Below are positions 29,188-37,134 of a stretch of DNA of 37,134 bases, in pieces. This DNA is from a virus (taxonomy: Duplodnaviria > Heunggongvirae > Uroviricota > Caudoviricetes). The first letter of the stretch is position 1, and every line of letters begins with the position of its first letter. The stretch lies in the IMG/VR virus record IMGVR_UViG_2703719349_000005; one strand, given 5' to 3'. The notes beneath the pieces were generated by a model. It worked only from the letters and a program-made list of their open reading frames with translations, was not told where the DNA came from and did no database searches. Position numbers and translations under genes: made by a program.

Positions 29188-29321
29188 CGGTTGACGATCT
29201 GGTGGCTGATATCGCCACCATCTTTCACTGGCCGCCATCCGTTACTGACGTTATGCCGCTGACCGAAGTGCTGGAATGGCGGTATAAAGCGATTCAGAGA
29301 AGTGGGGCCAGCCATGAGTGA
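28885..29321 (+). CDS. Tail assembly chaperone E+E' (predicted -1 programmed frameshift product at 29142-29148)
   Basis: T_TTT_TTG lies in the E zero frame; the -1 frame then reads ...VEEVGACRFTDSLTVDDLVADIATIFHWPPSVTDVMPLTEVLEWRYKAIQRSGASHE* and stops at 29319-29321, overlapping the T start. Confidence 0.6.
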
Positions 29322-32300
29322 CAATAACCTGCGTCTGCAGGTCATTCTTAATGCGGTTGACAAGCTCACCCGCCCATTTCGATCTGCGCAGGCCAGTTCA
29401 AGAGAACTGGCTGCTGCTGTCAAAAAATCCCGCGATGCAATAAAGCAGCTTGATCAGGCCGGGAGCAGTCTGGACAGCTTCCGAAAGCTGCAGGCAGAAA
29501 ATCAGAAATTAGGCGACAGGCTGAGCTATGCCCGCCAGCGTGCAAATTTGCTCAGTCAGGAACTGGGAGCGATGGGGCCGCCTTCGCAACGTCAGGTTGT
29601 TGCTCTGGGCCGTCAACGGCTGGCTGTTCAGCGCCTGGAAGAACGCCAGAAAAAGCTGCAGCAGCAGACGGCGCTTGTGCGCGCAGAACTTTATCGTGCT
29701 GGTATTTCAGCTAATGATGGTGCCAGTGCGACGGCCCGCATTACCCGTGAAACGATGCGTTATAACAGGCAGCTTTCTGAGCAGGAAGCGAGGTTACGAC
29801 GTGTCGGGGAGCAACAGCGAAAAATGCACTCCGCCCGGGGGGCTTACGCCAGGCGTCTTGAAGTAAGGGATCGGATTGCAGGTGCCGGAGCCACCACCAC
29901 GGCTGCAGGGCTGGCAATGGGCGCACCAGTGATGGCGGCAGTAAAAAGCTATACCAGCATGGAAGATGCCATGAAAGGTGTGGCAAAGCAGGTCAATGGT
30001 CTGCGTGACGATAATGGCAACCGCACTGCACGTTTTTATGAAATGCAGGATGCCATCAAGGCTGCCAGCGAACAGTTGCCGATGGAAAACGGTGCGGTGG
30101 ATTTCGCTGCACTGGTTGAAGGTGGTGCGCGCATGAACGTCGCAAACCCTGACGACAGCTGGGAAGACCAGAAACGTGACCTGCTGGCCTTCGCCAGTAC
30201 GGCAGCAAAGGCGGCAACAGCCTTTGAGCTGCCAGCGGATGAACTGTCAGAAAGTCTGGGGAAAATCGCCCAGCTCTACAAAATCCCTACCCGCAATATT
30301 GAACAGCTCGGTGATGCGCTGAACTATCTGGATGATAACGCCATGTCGAAAGGTGCAGACATCATTGATGTCATGCAACGTCTGGGCGGTGTGGCTGACC
30401 GTCTGGATTATCGTAAAGCGGCGGCGCTGGGTTCCACCTTCCTGACACTGGGCGCTGCACCGGAGGTTGCAGCCAGTGCAGCAAACGCGATGGTGCGTGA
30501 ATTGTCCATTGCCACCATGCAGAGCAAGAGTTTCTTTGAAGGGATGAATCTGCTGAAACTCAATCCTGAAGTGATTGAAAAGCAGATGACGAAGGATGCG
30601 ATGGGAACTATCCAGCGTGTGCTGGAGAAGGTGAACGCACTACCGCAGGATAAGCGACTGTCTGCCATGACCATGTTGTTTGGTAAAGAGTTTGGCGATG
30701 ACGCGGCGAAACTGGCAAACAACCTGCCGGAACTGCAGCGCCAGCTAAAACTGACAGCGGGCAATGATGCGCTCGGTTCCATGCAGAAAGAATCCGACAT
30801 CAACAAGGACTCACTTTCTGCGCAGTGGTTGCTGGTCAAAACCGGAGCGCAGAACACCTTCAGCAGCCTGGGCGAAACGCTGCGCCAGCCGCTGATGGAT
30901 ATTCTGTACACGGTGAAAAGCGTCACGGGGGCGTTGCGCCGCTGGGTGGAAGCTAACCCGGAACTGACAGGCACACTGATGAAAGCATCGGCTGTTGTGG
31001 CTGCGGTTACCGTCGGCCTCGGCACCTTAGCGGTGGCGCTGGCTGCAGTGCTGGGGCCGCTGGCAGTGATCCGTCTGGGATTCTCTGTGCTGGGTATCAA
31101 AACGTTACCTTCCGTTACGGCAGCAGTAACTCGAACCAGCAGCGCGTTGTCCTGGCTGGCTGGCGCACCACTGGTACTGCTGCGACGCGGGCTTGCTTCA
31201 TCGGGCAACGCTGCGGGTTTACTTACTGCACCGTTGTCATCTTTGCGCCGCACGGCATCACTGACGGGAAATGTCATGAAAACTGTAGCAGGTGCGCCAG
31301 TTGCACTGTTGCGGTCTGGATTATCCGGTTTACGTGCGGTTGCTGTGATGTTTATGAATCCACTGGCGGTACTGCGCGGTGGACTGACCGCCGCAGGCGC
31401 GGTGCTGCGAGTGCTGGCATCCGGTCCGCTGGCGATGCTGCGCGTTGCTCTGTATGCCGTATCTGGTCTGTTAGGTGCTCTGCTCAGTCCGGTAGGTCTT
31501 GTGGTTACTGCACTGGCGGGCGTGGCGCTGGTTGTCTGGAAATACTGGCAACCCATCACCGCATTTCTCGGTGGCGTGGTGGAAGGATTCAAAGCGGCGG
31601 CAGGTCCCGTCAGTGCAGCGTTCGAACCGCTTAAGCCCGTGTTCCAGTGGATTGGCGACAAAGTGCAGGCGCTGTGGGGCTGGTTTACTGATCTGCTGAC
31701 GCCTGTTAAGTCGACCTCTGCCGAACTGCAGAGCGCAGCGGCAATGGGGCGACGATTCGGGGAGGCACTGGCGGAAGGGCTGAATATGGTTATGCATCCG
31801 CTGGACTCCCTGAAATCCGGTGTTTCATGGTTGCTGGATAAACTCGGCATTGTCAGTAAAGAGGCTGCAAAGGCGAAACTGCCGGAAAGCGTGACGCGTC
31901 AGCAACCTGCGACGGTGAATGCTGACGGTAAAGTGATGATGCCATCGGGTGGTTTTCCGTCATGGGGATATGGCTTTGCGGGGATGTATGACAGCGGCGG
32001 CTATATCCCGCGCGGGCAGTTTGGCATCGTCGGTGAAAACGGGCCAGAAATTGTTAACGGCCCGGCAAATGTGACCAGCCGGAGAAATACAGCTGTACTG
32101 GCTGCCGTTGTTGCCGGAATGATGGGAGTTGCTGCCGCGCCTGCAGAGCTTCCACCGTTACATCCTTTGGCACTTCCCGCGAAAGGCGGCGAAGCGATGG
32201 TGAGTCGTGCAGCCACTGTGCCGCCCGTTCAACGGCTTGAGGCACCGACGCAGATCATCATTCAGACGCAGCCAGGACAAAGTGCGCAGGATATTGCGCG

Positions 32301-32391
32301 GGAGGTAGCCCGCCAGCTTGATGAACGTGAACGCAGGCTGAAAGCAAAGGCCAGGAGTAACTACAGCGATCAGGGGGGATACGACGCATGA
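29314..32391 (+). CDS. T: Tail tape measure protein (gpT)
   Basis: ~1025 aa with coiled-coil N-terminus and Ala/Gly/Leu-rich hydrophobic middle. Confidence 0.9.
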   Translation: MSDNNLRLQVILNAVDKLTRPFRSAQASSRELAAAVKKSRDAIKQLDQAGSSLDSFRKLQAENQKLGDRLSYARQRANLLSQELGAMGPPSQRQVVALGRQRLAVQRLEERQKKLQQQTALVRAELYRAGISANDGASATARITRETMRYNRQLSEQEARLRRVGEQQRKMHSARGAYARRLEVRDRIAGAGATTTAAGLAMGAPVMAAVKSYTSMEDAMKGVAKQVNGLRDDNGNRTARFYEMQDAIKAASEQLPMENGAVDFAALVEGGARMNVANPDDSWEDQKRDLLAFASTAAKAATAFELPADELSESLGKIAQLYKIPTRNIEQLGDALNYLDDNAMSKGADIIDVMQRLGGVADRLDYRKAAALGSTFLTLGAAPEVAASAANAMVRELSIATMQSKSFFEGMNLLKLNPEVIEKQMTKDAMGTIQRVLEKVNALPQDKRLSAMTMLFGKEFGDDAAKLANNLPELQRQLKLTAGNDALGSMQKESDINKDSLSAQWLLVKTGAQNTFSSLGETLRQPLMDILYTVKSVTGALRRWVEANPELTGTLMKASAVVAAVTVGLGTLAVALAAVLGPLAVIRLGFSVLGIKTLPSVTAAVTRTSSALSWLAGAPLVLLRRGLASSGNAAGLLTAPLSSLRRTASLTGNVMKTVAGAPVALLRSGLSGLRAVAVMFMNPLAVLRGGLTAAGAVLRVLASGPLAMLRVALYAVSGLLGALLSPVGLVVTALAGVALVVWKYWQPITAFLGGVVEGFKAAAGPVSAAFEPLKPVFQWIGDKVQALWGWFTDLLTPVKSTSAELQSAAAMGRRFGEALAEGLNMVMHPLDSLKSGVSWLLDKLGIVSKEAAKAKLPESVTRQQPATVNADGKVMMPSGGFPSWGYGFAGMYDSGGYIPRGQFGIVGENGPEIVNGPANVTSRRNTAVLAAVVAGMMGVAAAPAELPPLHPLALPAKGGEAMVSRAATVPPVQRLEAPTQIIIQTQPGQSAQDIAREVARQLDERERRLKAKARSNYSDQGGYDA

Positions 32392-32873
32392 TGATGGTGC
32401 TGGGATTGTACGTGTTTATGCTGCGCACTGTGCCGTATCAGGAACTGCAGTATCAACGCAGCTGGCGACATGCGGCAAACAGCCGGGTAAACCGTCGTCC
32501 GTCCACGCAGTTTCTGGGACCGGAAAACGACATGCTGACGCTTTCCGGTGTTCTTATGCCGGAGATAACAGGCGGCAGGCTGTCGTTGCTGGCACTGGAG
32601 CAGATGGCAGAACAGGGGAAAGCATGGCCCCTGATTGAAGGCAGCGGCACGATTTACGGCATGTATGTGATTGAGGGACTGAATCAGACTAAAACGGAGT
32701 TTTTCCGCGACGGTATGCCGCGCAGGATTGAGTTCACCCTTTCGCTAAAACGGGTGGATGAATCCCTGTCCGATATGTTCGGTGATCTCAGTACTCAACT
32801 GAATAATCTGCAGGACACGGCAACGTCTGCTTTAAGCGATATCAGTAAAACGGTGGGAGGGCTGCTGTCGTGA
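32388..32873 (+). CDS. U: Tail protein (gpU)
   Basis: 161-aa ORF overlapping the T stop; P2 order. Confidence 0.8.
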   Translation: MMMVLGLYVFMLRTVPYQELQYQRSWRHAANSRVNRRPSTQFLGPENDMLTLSGVLMPEITGGRLSLLALEQMAEQGKAWPLIEGSGTIYGMYVIEGLNQTKTEFFRDGMPRRIEFTLSLKRVDESLSDMFGDLSTQLNNLQDTATSALSDISKTVGGLLS

Positions 32874-33970
32874 ATTTCAGCTCTGAACTGCTTAACAAAG
32901 GCAACAAAACTCCGGCATTCAGCATCAGTATTGAAGGCAGGGATATCACTACTGTGCTGGACAACCGCCTGATGGGGCTTACGCTGACGGATAACCGGGG
33001 CTTTGAAGCGGACCAGCTTGATCTGGAGCTGGACGACGCCGATGGAAAAATCGTGCTGCCGCGCCGTGGTGCGGTCATTACGCTGGCGCTGGGCTGGAAG
33101 GGGCAGCCGCTTTTCCCGAAAGGGGCATTCACGGTGGACGAGATTGAACACACTGGCGCCCCGGACCGCCTGACTATCCGGGCGCGAAGTGCTGATTTTC
33201 GTGAAACACTGAATACCCGCCGTGAAAAGTCGTGGCACAAGACCACCGTTGGGGAAGTGGTGAAGGAAATAGCTGCGCGGCACAAACTGAAGATGGCATT
33301 GGGTAAAGACCTGTCAGATAAACCCGTGGAACATATAGACCAGACCAATGAGAGTGACGGCAGTTTTCTGATGCGGCTGGCGCGCCAGTACGGTGCTATT
33401 GCGTCGGTGAAAAATGGCAATCTGTTATTCATCCGACAGGGGCAGGGTAAAAGCGCCAGTGGTAAACCACTACCGGTTATCACTATCACACGTAAGGACG
33501 GCGACAGTCACCGCTTTACCCTGGCAGATCGCGGAGCTTACACGGGCGTAATTGCCAGCTGGTTGCATACCCGCGAACCCGCGAAGAAAGAAAGCACCAC
33601 AGTGAAGCGTAAGCGCAGGACTAAGAAGCAGAAGAAAGAGCCGGAAGCGAAGCAGGGCGATTACCTGGTGGGTACGGATGAAAACGTGCTGGTACTCAAT
33701 CGCACCTATGCCAATCGGAGTAACGCCGAACGGGCAGCGAAAATGCAGTGGGAACGCCTGCAACGCGGCGTTGCGTCATTCTCGCTACAACTGGCGGAAG
33801 GGCGGGCAGATCTCTACACGGAAATGCCTGTGAAGGTCAGTGGTTTTAAACAGCCGATAGATGATGCGGAATGGACCATTACGACTCTGACACATACCGT
33901 CAGCCCGGATAACGGTTTTATGACCAGTCTGGAGCTTGAAGTGAGGATTGATGATTTCGAAATGGAATGA
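32870..33970 (+). CDS. D: Tail protein (gpD)
   Basis: 366-aa ORF overlapping the U stop; P2 order. Confidence 0.85.
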   Translation: MNFSSELLNKGNKTPAFSISIEGRDITTVLDNRLMGLTLTDNRGFEADQLDLELDDADGKIVLPRRGAVITLALGWKGQPLFPKGAFTVDEIEHTGAPDRLTIRARSADFRETLNTRREKSWHKTTVGEVVKEIAARHKLKMALGKDLSDKPVEHIDQTNESDGSFLMRLARQYGAIASVKNGNLLFIRQGQGKSASGKPLPVITITRKDGDSHRFTLADRGAYTGVIASWLHTREPAKKESTTVKRKRRTKKQKKEPEAKQGDYLVGTDENVLVLNRTYANRSNAERAAKMQWERLQRGVASFSLQLAEGRADLYTEMPVKVSGFKQPIDDAEWTITTLTHTVSPDNGFMTSLELEVRIDDFEME

Positions 33971-34060
33971 TTCTTCGCAATGGAGAACTTTTAAGTTTGC
34001 AAAATGGAATAATGCGGTATCATTATTGTGAATTTAGCAAAAATGGGGAGAACTCGAAAA

Positions 34061-34279
34061 ATGATGATTTGCCCACTGTGTGGAAGTGCCGCCCATACTC
34101 GCAGCAGTTTTCAGGTATCTTCATTGACCAAAGAGCGTTACAACCAGTGCCAGAATATTAACTGCAGCCATACTTTTGTAACCCATGAAACTTTTGTTCG
34201 TTCGATTGCAACGCCAAAAGAGTCAAATCCGGTTCAGCCGCATCCAATGAAATCAGGACAGGTGGCGCTCTCTCTTTGA
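34061..34279 (+). CDS. ogr: Ogr/Delta-family zinc-finger late-gene transcription activator
   Basis: MMICPLCGSAAHTRSS...KERYNQCQNINCSHTF matches the recalled P2 Ogr pattern (CPLC...HQCQNVNCS). GGGGAG upstream of ATG at 34061. Confidence 0.85.
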   Translation: MMICPLCGSAAHTRSSFQVSSLTKERYNQCQNINCSHTFVTHETFVRSIATPKESNPVQPHPMKSGQVALSL

Positions 34280-34360
34280 CTCTGCCGCCAATTTGTCGCC
34301 ATCATTAAAAAACAGTGCGTCTAACATCATGATTTTAAACAGCTTAAATTTCAGGCAACA

Positions 34361-34413
34361 AAAAACCCATCAACCTTGAACCGAAATGGCGGGGTTGATG
34401 GGCTCCACAAAAT
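34361..34413 (-). terminator. Rho-independent terminator (minus strand) downstream of ybjL
   Basis: Inverted repeat CCCATCAACC...GGTTGATGGG followed on the minus strand by a T6 run. Confidence 0.55.
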
Positions 34414-34514
34414 GGGGACATCAAAGAAAAGCAGTGGCACTAATTAAGACTGATGCCCTGCGGAAAAGTTCTGCGGTTGTGCAAAAAAATTTCATTTTCA
34501 GGGCAACTTCAGTT

Positions 34515-36200
34515 TTATCCTAATCCTGGCCATACCATGACGATGATTGTCCCTGCCAGCGTCAGCAGGACGTTGGCGATTGCGTAGGTGCCCGCATAGC
34601 CCAGCGCAGGGATGTTACTGCGAGCTGTATCACTGATGATCTCCATTGCCGGCGCGCAGGTGCGTGCGCCCATCATTGCGCCGAACAACAGTGCGCGGTT
34701 CATTCGCAATACATAAGCACCGAACAAGAAACAGATAACCACGGGCACAAGACTGACAATTAATCCGGCAATCAACATCTGACCGCCAATCGCGCCCAGG
34801 CCGTTATTAATACCGCTACCGGCGCTCAGACCAACGCCTGCCATAAACACCATCAAGCCGAACTCTTTCACCATGCTTAATGCACCTTGCGGAATGTAAC
34901 CGAAGGTCGGGTGGTTAGCACGCATAAAGCCCAGCATAATTCCGGCGAATAACAACCCGGCAGCGTTCCCCATGCCGAAACTGAATGTGCTGAACTGGAA
35001 GGTGATCATCCCGATCATCAGCCCAATAACAAAGAAGGCGCAAAATGCCAGCAGGTCAGTGACCTGGCTGTGAATCGAGATAAAGCCGATGCGATCGGCG
35101 ATGGTTTTTACGCGACGGGCATCACCGCTGACTTGTAAAACGTCACCTTTGTTAAGCACGACGTTGTCATCTATCGGCATCTCAATCTGGCTACGAATGA
35201 CGCGGTTAAGGAAGCAACCGTGATCGGTCAACTTCAGTTGTGCGAGACGTTTACCTACAGCGTTATGGTTTTTAACGACCACTTCTTCAGTGACGATACG
35301 CATGTCGAGAAGGTCACGATCGAAAACTTCTTTACCGTTACGGAAGCTGGGATCGAGTCGGGCATGGGCGTCGGGATAGCCTACCAACGCTATTTCATCG
35401 CCCATTTGTAGCACGGCATCACCGTCTGGATTTGCCAGAATCCCGTTACGTCGAATACGTTCAATGTAGCAGCCGGTTTGTCGATAAATACCCAGTTCAC
35501 GCAGATTTTTGCCGTCGGTCCAGGCCACCAGCTCCGGGCCGACGCGATAGGCGCGGATCACCGGTAAATAAACCTTACGGTTGGCATCAGTGTCCAGGCC
35601 ACGTTCGCGGGCGATTTGCTGGGCGCTGGTCTGTAAGTCCTGATGCTGCAATTTCGGCAAGTAACGCGCACCAACAATCAAACTCACCAGACCGATTAAA
35701 TAGGTTAAGGCATACCCGAGGCTCAGATTATCCAGTGCCAGTGAGAGCTGCCTGCTTTCCATGCCGAAATGACGCAGTGTATCGCCAGCACCGACCAGAA
35801 CCGGTGTCGACGTCATAGAGCCTGCTAACATACCGGCCGTCAGGCCAATATCCCAGCCAAACAGCTTACCTAACCCTAAGGCGATCACCAGCGCACTGCC
35901 AACCATCACCAGTGCTAACATTAGGTAATTTTTCCCATCGCGAAAAAAAATGGAAAAAAAGTTCGGTCCGGCTTCGACCCCGACGCAGAAAATAAACAGC
36001 ATAAAGCCAAGATTAAGCGCATCGGTGTTAATGCTGAAATGTTGTTGGCCTAATAACAGCGATACGACTAAAACGCCAATGGAATTACCCAGTTGGATCG
36101 AACCAAGTCGTAACTTTCCGAGACATAGCCCAAGCGCGAGGACCACAAATAATAACAGAATGTAATTCCCATTTAACAATTCGGCGACGTTTATATTCAC
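34515..36200 (-). CDS. ybjL: Putative transport protein YbjL (AspT/YidE/YbjL family, two TrkA-C domains)
   Basis: 561-aa translation ([36 protein letters not shown]...) matches E. coli YbjL as I recall it. Confidence 0.88.
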   Translation of the reverse strand: MNINVAELLNGNYILLLFVVLALGLCLGKLRLGSIQLGNSIGVLVVSLLLGQQHFSINTDALNLGFMLFIFCVGVEAGPNFFSIFFRDGKNYLMLALVMVGSALVIALGLGKLFGWDIGLTAGMLAGSMTSTPVLVGAGDTLRHFGMESRQLSLALDNLSLGYALTYLIGLVSLIVGARYLPKLQHQDLQTSAQQIARERGLDTDANRKVYLPVIRAYRVGPELVAWTDGKNLRELGIYRQTGCYIERIRRNGILANPDGDAVLQMGDEIALVGYPDAHARLDPSFRNGKEVFDRDLLDMRIVTEEVVVKNHNAVGKRLAQLKLTDHGCFLNRVIRSQIEMPIDDNVVLNKGDVLQVSGDARRVKTIADRIGFISIHSQVTDLLAFCAFFVIGLMIGMITFQFSTFSFGMGNAAGLLFAGIMLGFMRANHPTFGYIPQGALSMVKEFGLMVFMAGVGLSAGSGINNGLGAIGGQMLIAGLIVSLVPVVICFLFGAYVLRMNRALLFGAMMGARTCAPAMEIISDTARSNIPALGYAGTYAIANVLLTLAGTIIVMVWPGLG

Positions 36201-36469
36201 GGAGGCTAACTTCTTGTTTACTAGTAAGCTGTTGAAAGAAATGGTAATTTACGATAATGTTTTTTACCAGAATTCAGGGCGCAGATTCATTCAGCGCACC
36301 TAAACGATAGTAAAGTAACAATATATTTTACTAGTGTAATCACATTAGGTATTAACGGCTATATGAATTGCGTTGGCCTATATTAGCATGGAATGCGAAG
36401 CGGCTTTATCTTACTGAACGCCACACTGGCGAAAAATGTGTTCGATAGACGCAGTGTCAGGAGGAACGA

Positions 36470-36847
36470 GTGAAACATAAACAACGTTGGGCGGGGGCAA
36501 TCTGCTGTTTTGTCCTCTTCATTGTGGTGTGCCTTTTTCTGGCGACGCACATGAAAGGCGCTTTTCGGGCTGCCGGGCATCCTGAAATCGGCTTGCTATT
36601 TTTCATTCTTCCTGGAGCAGTTGCCAGTTTCTTTTCACAGCGTAGAGAAGTCCTGAAACCTCTATTTGGCGCAATGCTGGCGGCACCCTGTTCAATGCTC
36701 ATTATGCGGCTGTTTTTTTCACCGACGCGCTCATTCTGGCAAGAGCTGGCATGGTTACTAAGCGCGGTGTTCTGGTGTGCGCTGGGGGCACTGTGTTTCT
36801 TATTTATCAGTAGTTTGTTTAAACCACAGCACAGAAAAAATCAGTAA
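36470..36847 (+). CDS. ybjM: Inner membrane protein YbjM
   Basis: 125-aa multi-TM protein with GTG start after AGGAGGA; sits between ybjL and grxA as in E. coli. Confidence 0.8.
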   Translation: MKHKQRWAGAICCFVLFIVVCLFLATHMKGAFRAAGHPEIGLLFFILPGAVASFFSQRREVLKPLFGAMLAAPCSMLIMRLFFSPTRSFWQELAWLLSAVFWCALGALCFLFISSLFKPQHRKNQ

Positions 36848-36876
36848 AGCCCTCAACGCGAGGGCTTGTCAGACGA

Positions 36877-37134
36877 TCAGGCGTCCAGATTTTCTTTCAC
36901 CCATGCAGCAAAATCGGTATAGCCGCCGATATGTTGCTGATCGACAAAAATCTGCGGCACGGTTTCTACGGGTTTACCTGCCTTTTGTTGTAGATCTTCT
37001 TTAGTGATCCCTTCCGCACGAATATCTACATACTGATACTGAAAATCATCGCGTTCATTGCTCAATTTCTCAGCCAGATCTTTTGCACGCACACAGTAAG
37101 GGCAACCCGAACGACCAAAAATAACGGTTTGCAT
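36877..37134 (-). CDS. grxA: Glutaredoxin 1
   Basis: 85-aa translation with CPYC active site (MQTVIFGRSGCPYCVRAKDLAEKL...); start codon is the last 3 bases of the window. Confidence 0.9.
   Translation of the reverse strand: MQTVIFGRSGCPYCVRAKDLAEKLSNERDDFQYQYVDIRAEGITKEDLQQKAGKPVETVPQIFVDQQHIGGYTDFAAWVKENLDA

Noticed and set aside
30408-31850. 480-aa ORF on the minus strand inside the tape measure gene
   Set aside because: Antisense to a well-supported long CDS in GC-rich, Ala-rich sequence; low-complexity Ser/Ala/Pro/Arg translation typical of a spurious antisense frame.
33967-34161. 64-aa ORF overlapping the ogr start
   Set aside because: Overlaps the better-supported Ogr zinc-finger ORF in another frame and has no RBS.

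Overview
The window holds a nearly complete P2/186-like (Peduovirus-type) prophage in an Escherichia/Enterobacteriaceae-like chromosome, followed by host genes ybjL, ybjM and grxA. Prophage order is int (3' end cut by the window edge) - small secreted peptide - CI-like repressor - apl/cox - cII - early ORFs - TraR/DksA-like Zn finger - Dam methylase - possible TGT/DpdA-like protein - replication gene A - AT-rich cargo - candidate cos - PIN-like cargo gene - Q P (minus strand) - O N M L X - lysis cassette - R S - AT-rich OLD-like cargo gene - V W J I H G - FI FII E/E' T U D - ogr. Structural and packaging genes are syntenic with P2 and recognisable from the translations. The most interesting content is accessory: (1) a 652-aa OLD/GajA-like ABC-ATPase + Toprim protein inserted between S and V, followed by a hairpin and a perfect 7-bp microsatellite; (2) a cargo block between gene A and portal Q with a small ORF, two lipoproteins, a long non-coding region carrying a cos-like sequence, and a PIN-like protein; (3) Dam plus a possible TGT/DpdA-like gene in the early operon; (4) a small Cys-rich secreted peptide in the lysogeny operon. 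The classical G-FI (Z/fun) cargo site is empty. All calls rest on reading the sequence and recalled family knowledge; no database search was run.
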